Shown one piece after another: positions 30,101 to 43,100 of a stretch of DNA of 64,000 bases. A model generated the notes under the pieces. That model was not told the origin of the DNA. It did not search any database and worked only from the letters and a program-made list of their open reading frames with translations. The stretch comes from Bugula neritina. Lineage: Eukaryota; Animalia; Bryozoa. The translations under genes and the position numbers were made by a program. Each line of letters opens with the position of its first letter. Positions within the stretch are counted from its first letter, which is position 1. Where the stretch lies: assembly GCA_964035545.1 (NCBI GenBank), contig OZ037768.1, forward strand, positions 930,001-994,000, in the 5' to 3' direction.

Positions 30101-32661
30101 AAAGACCCCAGTGTAGTCCTAGCAGTGTTGACAGGTAAACACATTGTCCATGCACCATAATATCTTATGAGAATGACAGTATATATTATGTATACAGTAC
30201 AATATATACAGTATAACATACAGTGTAATATACAGTATATATTATGTATATTGTATAATATATACAGTATATATTATATACAGTATATATAATATACAGT
30301 ATATATTGTATATTATACAGTATAATATATGCAGGTGCTGGGGACTACTACTGCAGTGGCAATGATCTCAACAACTTTATGGGAGTGAAGCCTGAGAACA
30401 TGTCTAAAATGGCTCAAGACTCCTCTGTCCTCCTCCAGTAAGTGTCTGGAACTTAGTCTACATAGCAATAGTGCTCCCATCTTATTTTTATTTGAAAAAT
30501 TATGTGTATATAATTCTATATATTCTACTGTATGAATTGCTCGCAGGAATTTCGTGGATGCATTCATCAACTTCTCTAAGCCTTTAATCGGCGTTGTGAA
30601 TGGACCAGCTGTGGGCGTCGCCGTGACAACCATGGGGTTATTTGACCTTGTCTACGCCACTGATAAGGTGTGTACTACGCCACTGATAAGGTGTGTACTA
30701 CGCCACTGATAAGGTGTGTACTACGCCACTGATAAGGTGTGTACTACGCCACTGATAAGGTGTGTACTACGCCACTGATAAGGTGTGTACTACGCCACTG
30801 ATAAGCGAGGGGGTGCTACGCCACTGCCAGGGTGCTTTTGCTGCTGCCCTGGCAAATAGTAGTCAGTATAGATGTTACTAGATTCTTCAGTACAGCCATT
30901 CAGCTAAACCATGTGCTAGTCTACAGGTTAAATGTAGTATAGTGAGTTTCTCTAATATTTCTTCTGTATACATGTCATTATATATTTTATATATATGCGT
31001 GTGTATGTTGTGATATCACTAGCCTCAGTGCTTCTAATAACACTGAAAGATAGATTCTCTATTCACAGGCCACCTTCCACACTCCATTCAGCTCTCTGGG
31101 ACAGTCCCCTGAGGGCTGCTCCTCCTACACATTCCCAAAGATTCTCGGACCTATGAAGGTAAGAATTGTCATCTCCTTAGCTCATCATTATGTTACATTG
31201 TGTAAGAGTAATAGAGTAGATTATAATTAGTGTTACGGACAGGTTTTATTAATTTATTTTAGGAAAATTATGTAAAGTTGTCTTCAATTTTCAGGACGAA
31301 GTACATGCAATTAAAGACAACTATGCTATAAATAAGTTTTTAGCATAAGTTTGTGTGCAACAACTCGGTTTATTCAGACATTTTTGCTGCATTTTATGCG
31401 TGGGTTTTTAGAAAAGAAAACAACTCTTAATACTTATTCAGACATTCAATAATCTGAATAAAGTGCTTTTTTATATGTAGCATAATAATATACTTGAAAT
31501 AATATTACCAGTTTATGTTATTAACGTTTACCGCTCTTTTTGAAAAGATATCAGTGACAGTTGTATTTTAATTTATTGTTTGTTTTTTAATTTCTTACTA
31601 ATAGTTTCACCTGAGCTTCTTCACTTTCTGTCTCACCGGATGGCTTGTGATTCACAGATTCTAATCTACATAAGGCTCTCAGCATTACTATAATACATAC
31701 TTTAGCTAATACCCTATACCCTCCTCTATCACTGGGCTATTACCCTATACCCTCCCTGTAACACAGGGCTAGTACCCTATACCCTCCTCTAACACTGGGC
31801 TAGTACCCTATACCCTCCTCTATCACTGGGCTAGTACCCTATACCCTTCTCTAACACAGAGCTAGTACCCTATACCCTCCTCTAACACAGGGCTAGTACC
31901 CTATACCCTCTAACACAGGGCTAGTACCCTATACCCTCCTCTAACAGAGGGCTAGTACCCTATACCCTCCTCTAACAGAGGGCTAGTACCCTATACCCTC
32001 TAACAGAGGGCTAGTACCATTTACCTCCTTCTGCTCTTATAGGCTGCCGAGATGCTGCTGTTCAACAAGAAGATCTCCGCTGCCGAAGCGTGTAAACTCG
32101 GATTAGTCACCGAAGTGTTTCCTGAGCAGTCCTTTCAGACTGAAGTGTGGGAGAGGATCAACTCCTATGCTAAGTTTCCTAAGGGAGTAAGTTTAGAGTA
32201 CTTCTTGGTTCTGTCTCAAGTATTCTCGGGTAATACTCAGTTCTGTCTCAAGTATTCCAGAGTATTACTTAGTTATGTCTCAAGTATTGTAGAGTAATAC
32301 TTAGTTCTGTCTCAAGTGTTCTAGAGTAATACTTGGTGCTGTCTCAAGTAATCTTGGGTAATACTCCATTCTGTCTCAAGTATTCTCAAGTAATACTTGG
32401 TTCTGTCTCAAGTATTCCAGAGTATTACTTAGTTCTGTCTCAAGTATTCTAGAGTATTACTTAGCTCTGTCTCAAGTATTCTAGAGTAATACTTAGATAC
32501 TCATATTGCTACAGAGTCTGCGATACTCAAAGATGTTGATAAGAGACCAGGAGAGAGAAACGTTGCTGAGGGTAAACAAGGCGGAGTGTGAGAGATTGGT
32601 AGAGCGCTGGCAGTCAGATGAGTGTATCAATGCCATAATGGGCTTCTTCTCCTCCAAGTAA
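27181..32661 (+). CDS. ECI2: Enoyl-CoA delta isomerase 2 (ACBP domain + crotonase domain), ~400 aa
   Basis: Exons 27181-27284, 27515-27656, 29384-29482, 29585-29764, 30062-30134, 30335-30437, 30547-30667, 31069-31158, 32043-32186, 32515-32661. ACBP motifs [16 protein letters not shown] and [16 protein letters not shown]; crotonase motifs [50 protein letters not shown]. Confidence 0.95.
27678..27828. repeat. 17-bp intronic repeat (pyrimidine tract-CTAACAG-GTG)
   Basis: ctaacaggtgctccttt variants, 9 copies, starting ~20 nt after the donor at 27656. Confidence 0.88.
28183..29325. repeat. Large intronic minisatellite, 18-bp unit (~1.1 kb)
   Basis: gta(t/c)acagtgtagtgtat, about 60 copies; source of the spurious ORFs at 28094-29348. 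Confidence 0.97.
29884..30040. repeat. Intronic minisatellite, 13-16-bp unit containing GTGAGT
   Basis: agtgagtactact variants. Confidence 0.88.
30177..30330. repeat. AT-rich degenerate repeat ending at acceptor 30334
   Basis: acagtatatattatat-like units. Confidence 0.75.
30652..30805. repeat. 23-bp tandem repeat of ECI2 exon end + splice donor, 7 copies
   Basis: tacgccactgataag|gtgtgtac; the first copy encodes YATDK and carries the true donor at 30668. Confidence 0.95.
31709..32018. repeat. Intronic minisatellite, ~31-bp unit, near acceptor 32042
   Basis: gggctagtaccctataccctcctctaacaca, about 10 copies. Confidence 0.92.
32196..32496. repeat. 32-bp repeat filling last ECI2 intron
   Basis: ttctgtctcaagtattcyagagtawtacttag, 9 copies. 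Confidence 0.9.
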
Positions 32662-33433
32662 CTGGATCACCTTGTCAATCAACAACTAACAGCATTTATA
32701 ATATGACATTTTATCTGACAGTAGCATGGAAAATATACTATTTATTTTAATTATATGACATTTTTCAGCTGAATTTTATAAATAGTAAATATGAATGTCT
32801 GCATATATATGTTTTGGTAATAGCATGGAGTCATTAATGTGCTACATATAATTAGTTATTTCAATTTATCTCAACATTTTTACATTAAATATGAAGTGAA
32901 ACTTTGTGTGAACAATGCTTGTGTGTTCTGTTGAATAACATTGAGTTGCAACAATGTATTTCGTATCAGTGGTTGTAACATCTTGCCTGCAGTGATATAA
33001 GTTATACAGTTATACAGTAATATACAGTAATATAGTAATATACAGTAATACAGTATTATATTCTCTACAGTTACAGCTGCGTAACATGCTACTTTTTTCG
33101 TCATAGTTTCTGGTGAGTTTATTGAACTTTTATTCTCCAAATCGAAGTTCTTGATGATTTTCTATTTCAGAGTGTCACATCCTGTCAGCGTGTCACATCC
33201 TGTCAGCGTGTCATATCCTTTTTAGTTGTTGCATGATAAGGTATAAAAAGCAGGTCTTGGGGTGATGTTTTTTCAGAAATTTGCATTAAAATAATATAAT
33301 GAGATTTAGCATTATTTGAATTTAGTTTTACAAACCATAAGGTTAATTGATGAGTTTTCACATTAGGAGTAATGGAGTATTTATTATGTAATTATGATGT
33401 AATGCAGGGCTAAGGCACACCTGTGGTGACATC

Positions 33434-36400
33434 ATGAAGTGCAGAGGTCAGCTGGGCAGGCAGGTGGTGGCTATGTTGCATCGTAATATGGTCATGAAAG
33501 GGAGGGTGAAGAAACAGCTGGTCACCGTAGGTGTCACTTCATTGAATTCTATGACTTGCGTGTTTGTACTTATGTAATGCTTTTTTTTACTTTGGTCTGC
33601 ATAAATAATCAATTATATATTTCAATTACTTTTGATTTCTTTCACTTTACATCTGCATAGGCTTGTGATTTAGTCTTGACGCAATAAATCCAACTTTCCA
33701 TTTATCTAGTCGTACATTTTTACACTCTGCCACTTCAATCATTTTATCTTTTTTAATAACCGTTTGCATTGAAAGGAGAATTATTTCCTGTATCTTTGTG
33801 TTTGGTATAGTATGCAATGTTATGGTATATAATATATAATAAAGGTAATAATATTGGTATAATATATCAATTTCACACGCCTTCAGGAGTTCCTTTGGCC
33901 GATATTATTTGTAATCATCTTGGCTCTAATAAGATACATGGCCGACGTTACCACCGTAGACAGCTCCCACACCGGGAGTTTTCCCTCCTCTCCTCTCACT
34001 GCTGCTGAATTAAAACTATCCGGAGAAATCTTAGTAATTCCTTCCGATTCACAATCTTATGTAATTCAGGTAAATGTGTGTCCTGTGTCGTACATTGTCT
34101 ATACTGTACTATACATTGTCTACACTGTACTATACCTTGTCTACACTGTACTATACCTTGTCTACACTGTACCGTACATTGTCTACACTATACCATACCT
34201 TGTCTACACTGTACCATACATTGTCTACACTGTACTATACCTTGTCTACACTGTACTATACCTTGTCTACACTGTACCGTACATTGTCTACACTATACCA
34301 TACCTTGTCTACACTGTACCATACATTGTCTACACTGTACTATACCTTGTCTACACTGTACTATACCTTGTCTACACTGTACCGTACATTGTCTACACTA
34401 TACCATACCTTGTCTACACTGTACCATACATTGTCTACACTATACCGTACATTATCTACACTGTACTATACCTTGTCTACACTGTGCTATACATTGTCTA
34501 CACTGTACCGTACATTGTGTACACTGTACTATACCTTGTGTGTTCTGTGTCGTACATTGTGTACTCCGTAACCTGCTGTATAAAAGGCATTTACTACTGT
34601 ATACAATGTTATACTGAGTGTGTACACTGTTCTAGGCCACAACTAAATATCTGCCAAGCAGTTCGCTGACTGTGAAATCCTTTGCTGACATGGAGGCAGC
34701 GGAGAATTACTATAGAGCAAAGAACGGCAGCGGTATACTAGCTGGTATTGAGTTCCACTCCCCCTCTCATCAGAACTACACAATCCGTACCCACTTTGAT
34801 AGGAGTGCTCGGCCTACGCAGGTGTTGAATGAAAGAGGTGATTATATATTATAGTATAATAATATAATATTATATAATGTAATTTAATAATATATAATGT
34901 AGTATAATAATAGAGTAATTTATAATAATATGATATAATAGTATAATAATATGATATAATATGTTATATAATGACATGAGTTGCCAGGTATCATGCTTAC
35001 AGATATTCATAGGTAATTGTCTAGCCCTGCCTACTATATTATACTTCATGCTATGTTATTGCTGTGTAGAATTTGTGTAATTTAATCATATTAAATAATA
35101 TCTTACTTTGTGTGTTAGAGGACTGCAGGAGGGACTCCCCGCTCTGCCCCTCAAAACTCTACAAGTCTAATGGATTCCTGGCTATTCAGCTGGCCCTGAA
35201 CTCAGCCATCATTGAGGTACGTCTGCTGTGTGCTATACACACAGTGCTATACACACAGTGCTATGCGCTATACACATAATGCTATGTGCTATACACACAG
35301 GGCTATGCGCTACACACACAATGCTATATGCTATACACAGTGCTATGTGCTATACACTCAGTGCTCTACACACAGTGCTATGTGCTATACACACAGTGCT
35401 ATGTGCTATACACACAGTGCTATGTGCTATACATACAGGGTTATGGACTCACGTTACCAGAGATAACATTACGACAGATGCCGAAGTTCTCCTTCATTCC
35501 CAACTCGAGTTTCATCCGCCAGTTCACCCCTGTCTACTACGTCTACACCTACTCCTTCTTCATCCAGTTCCTCGTGTTCGCCCTTGTGCAGGAGAAGCAA
35601 ACTCGGCTCAAGGAAACGCTGAGGATTATGGGAATGAGAGATGCTGCATTCTGGTAATTTTTATATCCTATAGACGTACTCGATGCATGCGACCTTCACC
35701 TAACATATCTATAGCTCCACTGTTATGTCGTTTCTTCTTCTCCATCTTTATTCGGCTTTGATTTCCCAAAATATAAATTATCTTTATCTGCATTCATTTT
35801 TCTTCAGGATGTCACATTGTGACATATTTTATATATAGCAACATAATATACTTGTAATACAGTATGTCACAATGTAACACAGCCTATAGATAGAAATATA
35901 CTTGTAATACAGTATGTCACAATGTAACGCAGCCTATAGATAGAAATATACATGTAATACAGTATGTCACAATGTAACGCAGCCTATAGATAGAAATATA
36001 CATGTAATACAGTATGTCACAATGTAACGCAGCCTATAGATAGAAATATACATGTAATACAGTATGTCACAATGTAACGCAGCCTATAGATAGAAATATA
36101 CATGTAATACAGTATGTCACAATGTAACGCAGCCTATAGATAGAAATATACATGTAATACAGTATGTCACAATGTAACGCAGCCTATAGATAGAAATATA
36201 CATGTAATACAGTATGTCACAATGTAACACAGCCTATAGATAGAAATATACATGTAATACAGTATGTCACAATGTAACGCAGCCTATAGATAGAAATATC
36301 CTCTCACAAAATACAGTGGAAAATGTGTACTTGATTACAATCATGGCTTCCACTCACTGAGCATTGTAAATTGTTAATTTATTCGTGACATATATTAGAA

Positions 36401-39400
36401 GTTGTATTCTCTTGTGATAGTTGTAACCCAGCAACAATAAACATTAACCAGTGTTTATGTTTAGTAATAATAATACTGTATTAATATTTATAGCTGCTTG
36501 AATATTTGATGTTTCTGAGAAATTTCTGCCCCATCAGCTCTGTAACACATTATTAAATCACACAGCATTGAGTTTATATCTTACATCTTACAGGTAGCAG
36601 GTCTTATACTAATTCTACTTCTAAGAGTGACAATATCTACATGCTGCCTTTTAGTGACAATATTTACATGCTGCCTTGATGCTGTCGTGTTACAGGTTGT
36701 CCTGGTCGCTGCTATACCTGATGATCATACTGAGCGTGAGTGTAGTGGCTGTGGTGTTTGCCGCCATCACCACCTTCTTCAGACCCCCCAGCAACATGTT
36801 TATCTTCTTCATGATGCTCAGTCTATACGGCTTCTCCATCATCAACCTAGCCTTTGTTCTCACACCATTTCTCAACAAAGTGCAGGTTAGCCTTTGGTTC
36901 CACACCATATCTCAATAAAGTTCTCACACCATATAATATGTTGACATTTGGTACTGAAATTTATAAAACCTTTGAAACTGAAGCTTTATTTCTTTAGCTG
37001 TAGGCAGTTTGAAATTATCTTTACAAGAGAATTTATAATTCAAGTAAAATTAGTCAAGTTAATTAGCAGCAAAACTGCCCAAATATGTTTTGTGATAGAA
37101 TAGTTATTCGGTAAAGTGCTTATATACACCCAAGTGGCAGCTTTGTGTTCGGTCAGTGTCATACTTTACTAACTAAATGCACATTCAATCTATAATATAC
37201 TGAGATTTTAATACTTTATTTTAATGAAAATTTCAAGACAATAGAAAATAATCAAACCAGTATAATTATAGTCATTGCAACTATTCATACACAACACTAT
37301 TATATTGATTGCAGCTAAAGTTCAGTTTTAACTCAGAAGATTCTAAATGGAATGGAAATATATTTATTTAAATCCATGCCTGAAAAATAATGAGATATTT
37401 ATTGTGTTGTATTGACATACATATATTCAGAATTGTAAATATTGTCTACCTTTAAAACTAAATTCTTTAAAATTCTCTCTAACAAGTTTCACCATATATT
37501 TATTTTATAAAGTCAAGCTTTTTCCAAAACATGCACACTAACAAATAATGCACATCCATATTGCTATTCAACATTCTGCGCTGACGCTAGTGCACGAAGT
37601 CTAACAGGAAATGTCTGAGTAGAAACTGTCTTCCGTCTGCAACTCATGCGGCAGCAGGTCGGCTATGGGGCTAGCTGACACTAAGTCACCAATCTTCAAC
37701 TTCCTGTACTTCTTGAACTCGTGTTGGTCGTACTGTCTCGATATAAGATTAGTAGTGTGGGGTAACTCGCGTCTCGTACCCTCCTCGGGCAACACTCCAC
37801 ACTTCTTCACCTTCCTGTGACAGAACTGGTTGTAGTCAGATTCTAAAAACATTTTAATCTGTTTTGACTTTTTCTCACTATTGACTGGTTTCTCCACTTT
37901 CACTGTGCTGCTAGCCATGGTTGTCGTGTCTTTTCTACTCGATTGTTTTCTCACCGCCTCTCGCGTTGATACCATTACCTTGCTGATTATTTTTATTGGT
38001 TTTGGTAGCGCCATCTGTTGCATTTTCTGTCCACTCAATGAGGACATTTGAAAGCTACTTTCGTTGGTGTGTTTTGGTTGGCTTTGAGTATCGAGGTTTA
38101 TTAAACCGATCCTTGCACGGTGTCTTGCCATCTTGTAGATGTTTATGGCCTCCTCCCCTCGTCTCTCTATCTTTGGTAAAGTCAGGTGTGGAGTTGCTGC
38201 TGGGAACTCGTAATAGATGCTGCCGAGTGCAGACGATCTCTTCTCTGTCTCTATGGAGCTGACAGAGTTCCTGTGGGGGTCAAGATCTGGCAGTGAAAGC
38301 TCTCCCCCAACAGAACTTTCATTCGTTACGTCTTCTCTGGAACATGAGACATTATCTTCGCTGTCAGGTTTATCCACATAAATCTTAGGAGCTTCAATGT
38401 TTGTCACATTCACTCGCTTCACCTCAGTGTCAGAAGAGTTGTCTTTACATCTGTTTGCATACGTCTGCTTTATCTTTGATATTACAGACAGCTTTCTGAG
38501 GGCAATATTCTGGTCAGCCGATGATTGGGCAGTTTCTCTTTGGTTTCCTGGTAACATGTTTAGGTCTACTTTAGTCAATGTGTTGCTAGTGCTCTTTTTT
38601 CTAGTGGGAGTGTATTTTGGCTTCTTTTTATGGTGTTTTCTTGCAGCTGAGAAACTGGCTACATCAGCTCTGAGTTGGTCCACCACTCCGTTAGAGAAGT
38701 TAAATACTTCGCATACAGCCATTGCGTGTGGGTGGGGCTGTAGCAGTTGTGAAGAGCCTCTTTTTGAATGTCTAGCAGAAGTATTTGTGTCTTTTTTCTC
38801 ATCTGAAAACACATAGTCATAATTTATACACAAAGTACTAGAATTTCTGTTGTTAATGTTTTATTTTAGAGAAAAATTAAATTTGTAATGTAAAAGCATT
38901 TCAATCCATCTGGTTCAATTCAAAATCATAACAAATTTATGGAAAATGACTCATAAAATAAAATTGGTGAATTTTCTAAGGCTCATTAGCTATGTTTGTA
39001 AGAATTTTAGCATATTTTATATATTATAATAAATAAACCGGTACAACTTTTCATTGTAGCACAAAATCATACTAAGTTACATGTTTATTGAAATGCAGTT
39101 GCTTCCGTGCATAAAGTAGCAAAAGTTGGTGACTTTGGAAATAAAAAGGCTTGGTGCTTTTTACTTCAAACTATTCTTACTGAGCATGTGTCATAGTCTG
39201 CCACAGATTGCATGTTCATCTGCGGGCATCAAATCTACCGCCCACAGATCTACAGGTCTACATATCTACAGGTCTACATATCTACAGGTCTACAGGCTAC
39301 AGGTTTACAGGTCTACATATCTGCAGGTCTACAAGATGCATATCTACAGGTCTACAGATTGGAAGGCACATTTGACTGAATATTTCACCTGTGTTGTAGC

Positions 39401-40034
39401 CTGCAGTCCTTCTACCAACTTTATCCTCTGTGTTCTCAGTTATATGAGGCAGATGAATTACTATGTTACGCTGACTTTCTGCTTGCAATGCTGCCGTGAT
39501 GTAGTCGAAGTAGTTGTCTTCACCATCTGGATCTCCTCTCCTAACTGGCCTCGTCAGCTGTACGTCATTAAATAGAGTGCTAGTATCAGCTCTATCTATG
39601 CCAAATGTAGCAGTTACAGAGGCGCTTCTCTTGCCCCCAACTTTCACATCTAAACCTCCCGGGGCTCCTGTTGCTAACATCTAAGTCAGAAACATTATGT
39701 ATGTTATGTTAACCAAGTTGTTAAAAATTCAATAAACACATTTGCTTGGTGAAGCAGCTGGGTTTGAACATAACTAATAATTTAATACAATTATGCAAGA
39801 TATAATTGAATAGATGAATTTGCAATTTGATTTTGCCATCAATCTAGATATGAAATTATGCAACAAGCTGTTTATAGCCTGCACTCTTACAAGGAACTAT
39901 AAATATCACCACAGGCAATATTTCAAACTGTCAATAAATTTAACATAATATATAAATAGCATAAACATCATGTAAAACAATTCTGTTATTGAATAAATTC
40001 ACCCAACTTTTACATAATTCTGAAATTAGACTAG

Positions 40035-40105
<71 letters not shown>

Positions 40106-43100
40106 ATATATGTATGTATTATGTACATGTACACATACACAAGAGTGTAAATGACAAACAACCAGCTATCACGCATCTAGCTGTTATAGCTAGAATGTAG
40201 AGATGTTACACTTACCCTGACCAAGATATTTATAATTAGAAATCTGCTGACCAAGATATTTATAATTCAAAAACTGCTGACCAAGATATTTATAATTTAA
40301 AAATCACGACCATCAATCTCCATTAGTGACAGAACAATGTCGTAATGACCTGTTACAGTATGTTAAGTGACCGGTCAATAGTCTAGTATTAAACAATTAG
40401 CTGCTATAATTTCTTACCTCAGGCAGTCTCAAGAGTGTCTGACTATCTACGACATGTGTTTTACATAATCCAATAACACACGACTCTAGTACCAGAAATA
40501 GTTGAACAAAGCACCTTCAACTTATCATTCATTTGTTTGCAGCATAGAAACTATTGATACTAGTCAGCTAATCTGTCACCTTCAAACAAAGCGCATGAAT
40601 ATTGACAATGCTGTTAATCTATATACCTACCATTTGGCAAATAGTGGCTGTTGTTCTATTTGTAGCATATCTGACCAAGTGGTCTTCACTGCTCTTCATC
40701 ACATTTATTGTTGCTATTTATTATCTGAAAATAAATGTCTTATTGATTTTCATTAGCACATCTATTTAAGTAGTTTTCATCAAAAGAAATGGCAATCACT
40801 CTAAAGACCAGTGCATAGCTAGTGTATAGCTTAGATCAATGCATTGCATCAATTATATACCTACAGGGTGGTCACATGATGTAGTACAGAGTATATACCT
40901 ACAGGGTGGTCACATGATGTAGTACAAAGTATATACCTACAGGGTGGTCACATGATGTAGTACAAAGTATATACCTACAGGGTGGTCACATGATGTAGTA
41001 CAGAGTATATACCTACAGCATGGTCACATGATGTAGTACAGAGTATATACCTACAGCATGGTCACATGATGTAGTACAAAGTATATACCTACAACATGGT
41101 CACATGATTTAGCACAAAGTATATACCTACAACATGGTCACATGATGTAGTACAAAGTATATACCTACAACATGGTCACATGATGTAGTACAAAGTATAC
41201 ACCTACAACATGGTCACATGATTTAGGACAAAGTATATACCAGATGTGGTGCCTTCACTTCTATTTTGTGCTATTGACTTTGCAGGTAGCAGGGCCTGTT
41301 GCTGTTCTAGCCACCACAGCTGTAAGCTCACTGTTTTTCATTGTCAGCTTCACAACGAGATACGATGCCAACGGCACACCATCCTCGGTTCTGCCGCTGC
41401 CTTTTCTAGTCTTTCTCTGTCTATCCTCTCCCACCGCCTTGAGTATGGCTATTGAAAGGGTGAGTGTGGATATCATTGCTAGCTGTGTAGATCTCATTGC
41501 TAGCTGTGTAGATCTCATTGCTAGCTGTGTAGATCTCATTGCTAGCTGTGTAGATCTCATTGCTAGCTGCGTAGATGTCATTGCTAGCTGCGTAGATGTC
41601 ATTAAACATAATTCCAGCTTCAATTCAGACATATTAATGTGAATATGATTCAGTGTAGGAGTAGGTTTAGATGTCATTGATAGTTATTTGTTTCATAAAG
41701 AAGTAGTTTAGAGCTCAGTGTTATCTTCCTGCAGGCAATCTACCTGGATGTCGCTCAGATCGGCCTCACCTGGGAGTCTCTGTATCTGGGAGACTTCCCT
41801 CTCATCATTCCTATCGTTATGCTGGCTTTTGATTCGCTGTTCTATTTCTGTCTTGCTATGTGGTTGGACAAAGTGGTGCCAGGTACGATCATGTTCTCTA
41901 ATAACCAACTGAATATTCTCATAGAGCTAGTTTGGAGTCAATCATCAAGAAACAGTACAAAACCTACATATAATGAAAATTACCAGAAATTGTAGTATTA
42001 TAGCATTGGCACTATACAAGCTTTCAGAGAAAAAGCTATGACTGAGCTTTCAGTTAAATAATTAATGTTTTCTGTATATGCTGATTCATTCTCTCTATAC
42101 TAGTCAACTATCTAACAGGTATTGCACAATAGCACATATTTACCATAAATATAAAGAAATTAGGAGCTGAAAAATAGAAACCTTAAGTTTTTAAAACAAA
42201 GATTTGGTTTCTGTTGTGAATACAGGTTTTGTTTAATAATATATTTTATAATAACAATAAAGGTTTGTATATCCTAACAGAATAAACAACTGTAAATGTC
42301 TGCCATGTTTAGGTGAGTACGGGAAGAAGCAGCCATTGTGTTACTGTTTCCAGCCCAAGTATTGGAGTAGTAGTCTGAGATATGGAGCACAGGATAAGCA
42401 GGTAGACAGTAAACATGCATACGAGTGTGTCAATGAGTGCGAGCACATAGAGCCAATACCAGAAGAGCTGAAAGCGCTCAATAAACTCAGGATATTCGGG
42501 ATAAAGAAGACGTATAAAACATCATCAGGACCAGTAGAAGCTGTGAGAGGTGAGCTGGTCACATCCGTCTGCTGGTCACATCTGTATGCTTGTCACATCT
42601 GTATGCTGGTCACATCCGTCTGCTGGTCACATCTGTATGCTGGTCACATCTGTATGCTGGTCACATCTGTCTGCTGGTCATATCTGTCTGCTGGTCACAT
42701 CCGTCTGCTTGTCACATTTGTATGCTTGTCACATTTGTATGCCTGTCATCTGCTTGTCTTCTGCTTCTCATCTGCTTGTCTTCTGCTTGTCTTCTGCTTA
42801 ATATAGTTAAATAAACAAAAAAGATAACTCTTTATTTTACTTCATCTAAACTTCAACAAACATCCAATAGATGTGAGGAGATTTAAAATATGGCTAATAC
42901 AGTTCTTGGAATATTTAGACTACTAACTTTCTTTACGCATGAAAAATTTAGAATTTCTTTAGAAATCCTCTGGCACAAAGAGTATGATGTAGCTTTAATT
43001 ATTTTTCTTATTAGTATCTTTCAGTCTTTTAGTCTAAACCTGTTGTACTATTTTACCTTATGGTACCGTAACTTGATATCTATTTATGTTATTACACATT

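Noticed and set aside
35846-36299. Regular 23-50-bp repeats as CRISPR arrays
   Set aside because: Units are head-to-tail with no unique spacers, there are no cas genes, and the context is eukaryotic introns.
38397-38816. Plus-strand 139-aa hydrophobic ORF as an ABCA exon
   Set aside because: It is the antisense shadow of the Lys-rich nested ORF; ABCA exons 6 and 7 join in phase without it.
39181-39219. 39-nt AG..GT segment in the nested gene's intron
   Set aside because: It contains an in-frame TGA in the required phase. It could be a poison exon, but nothing else supports that.
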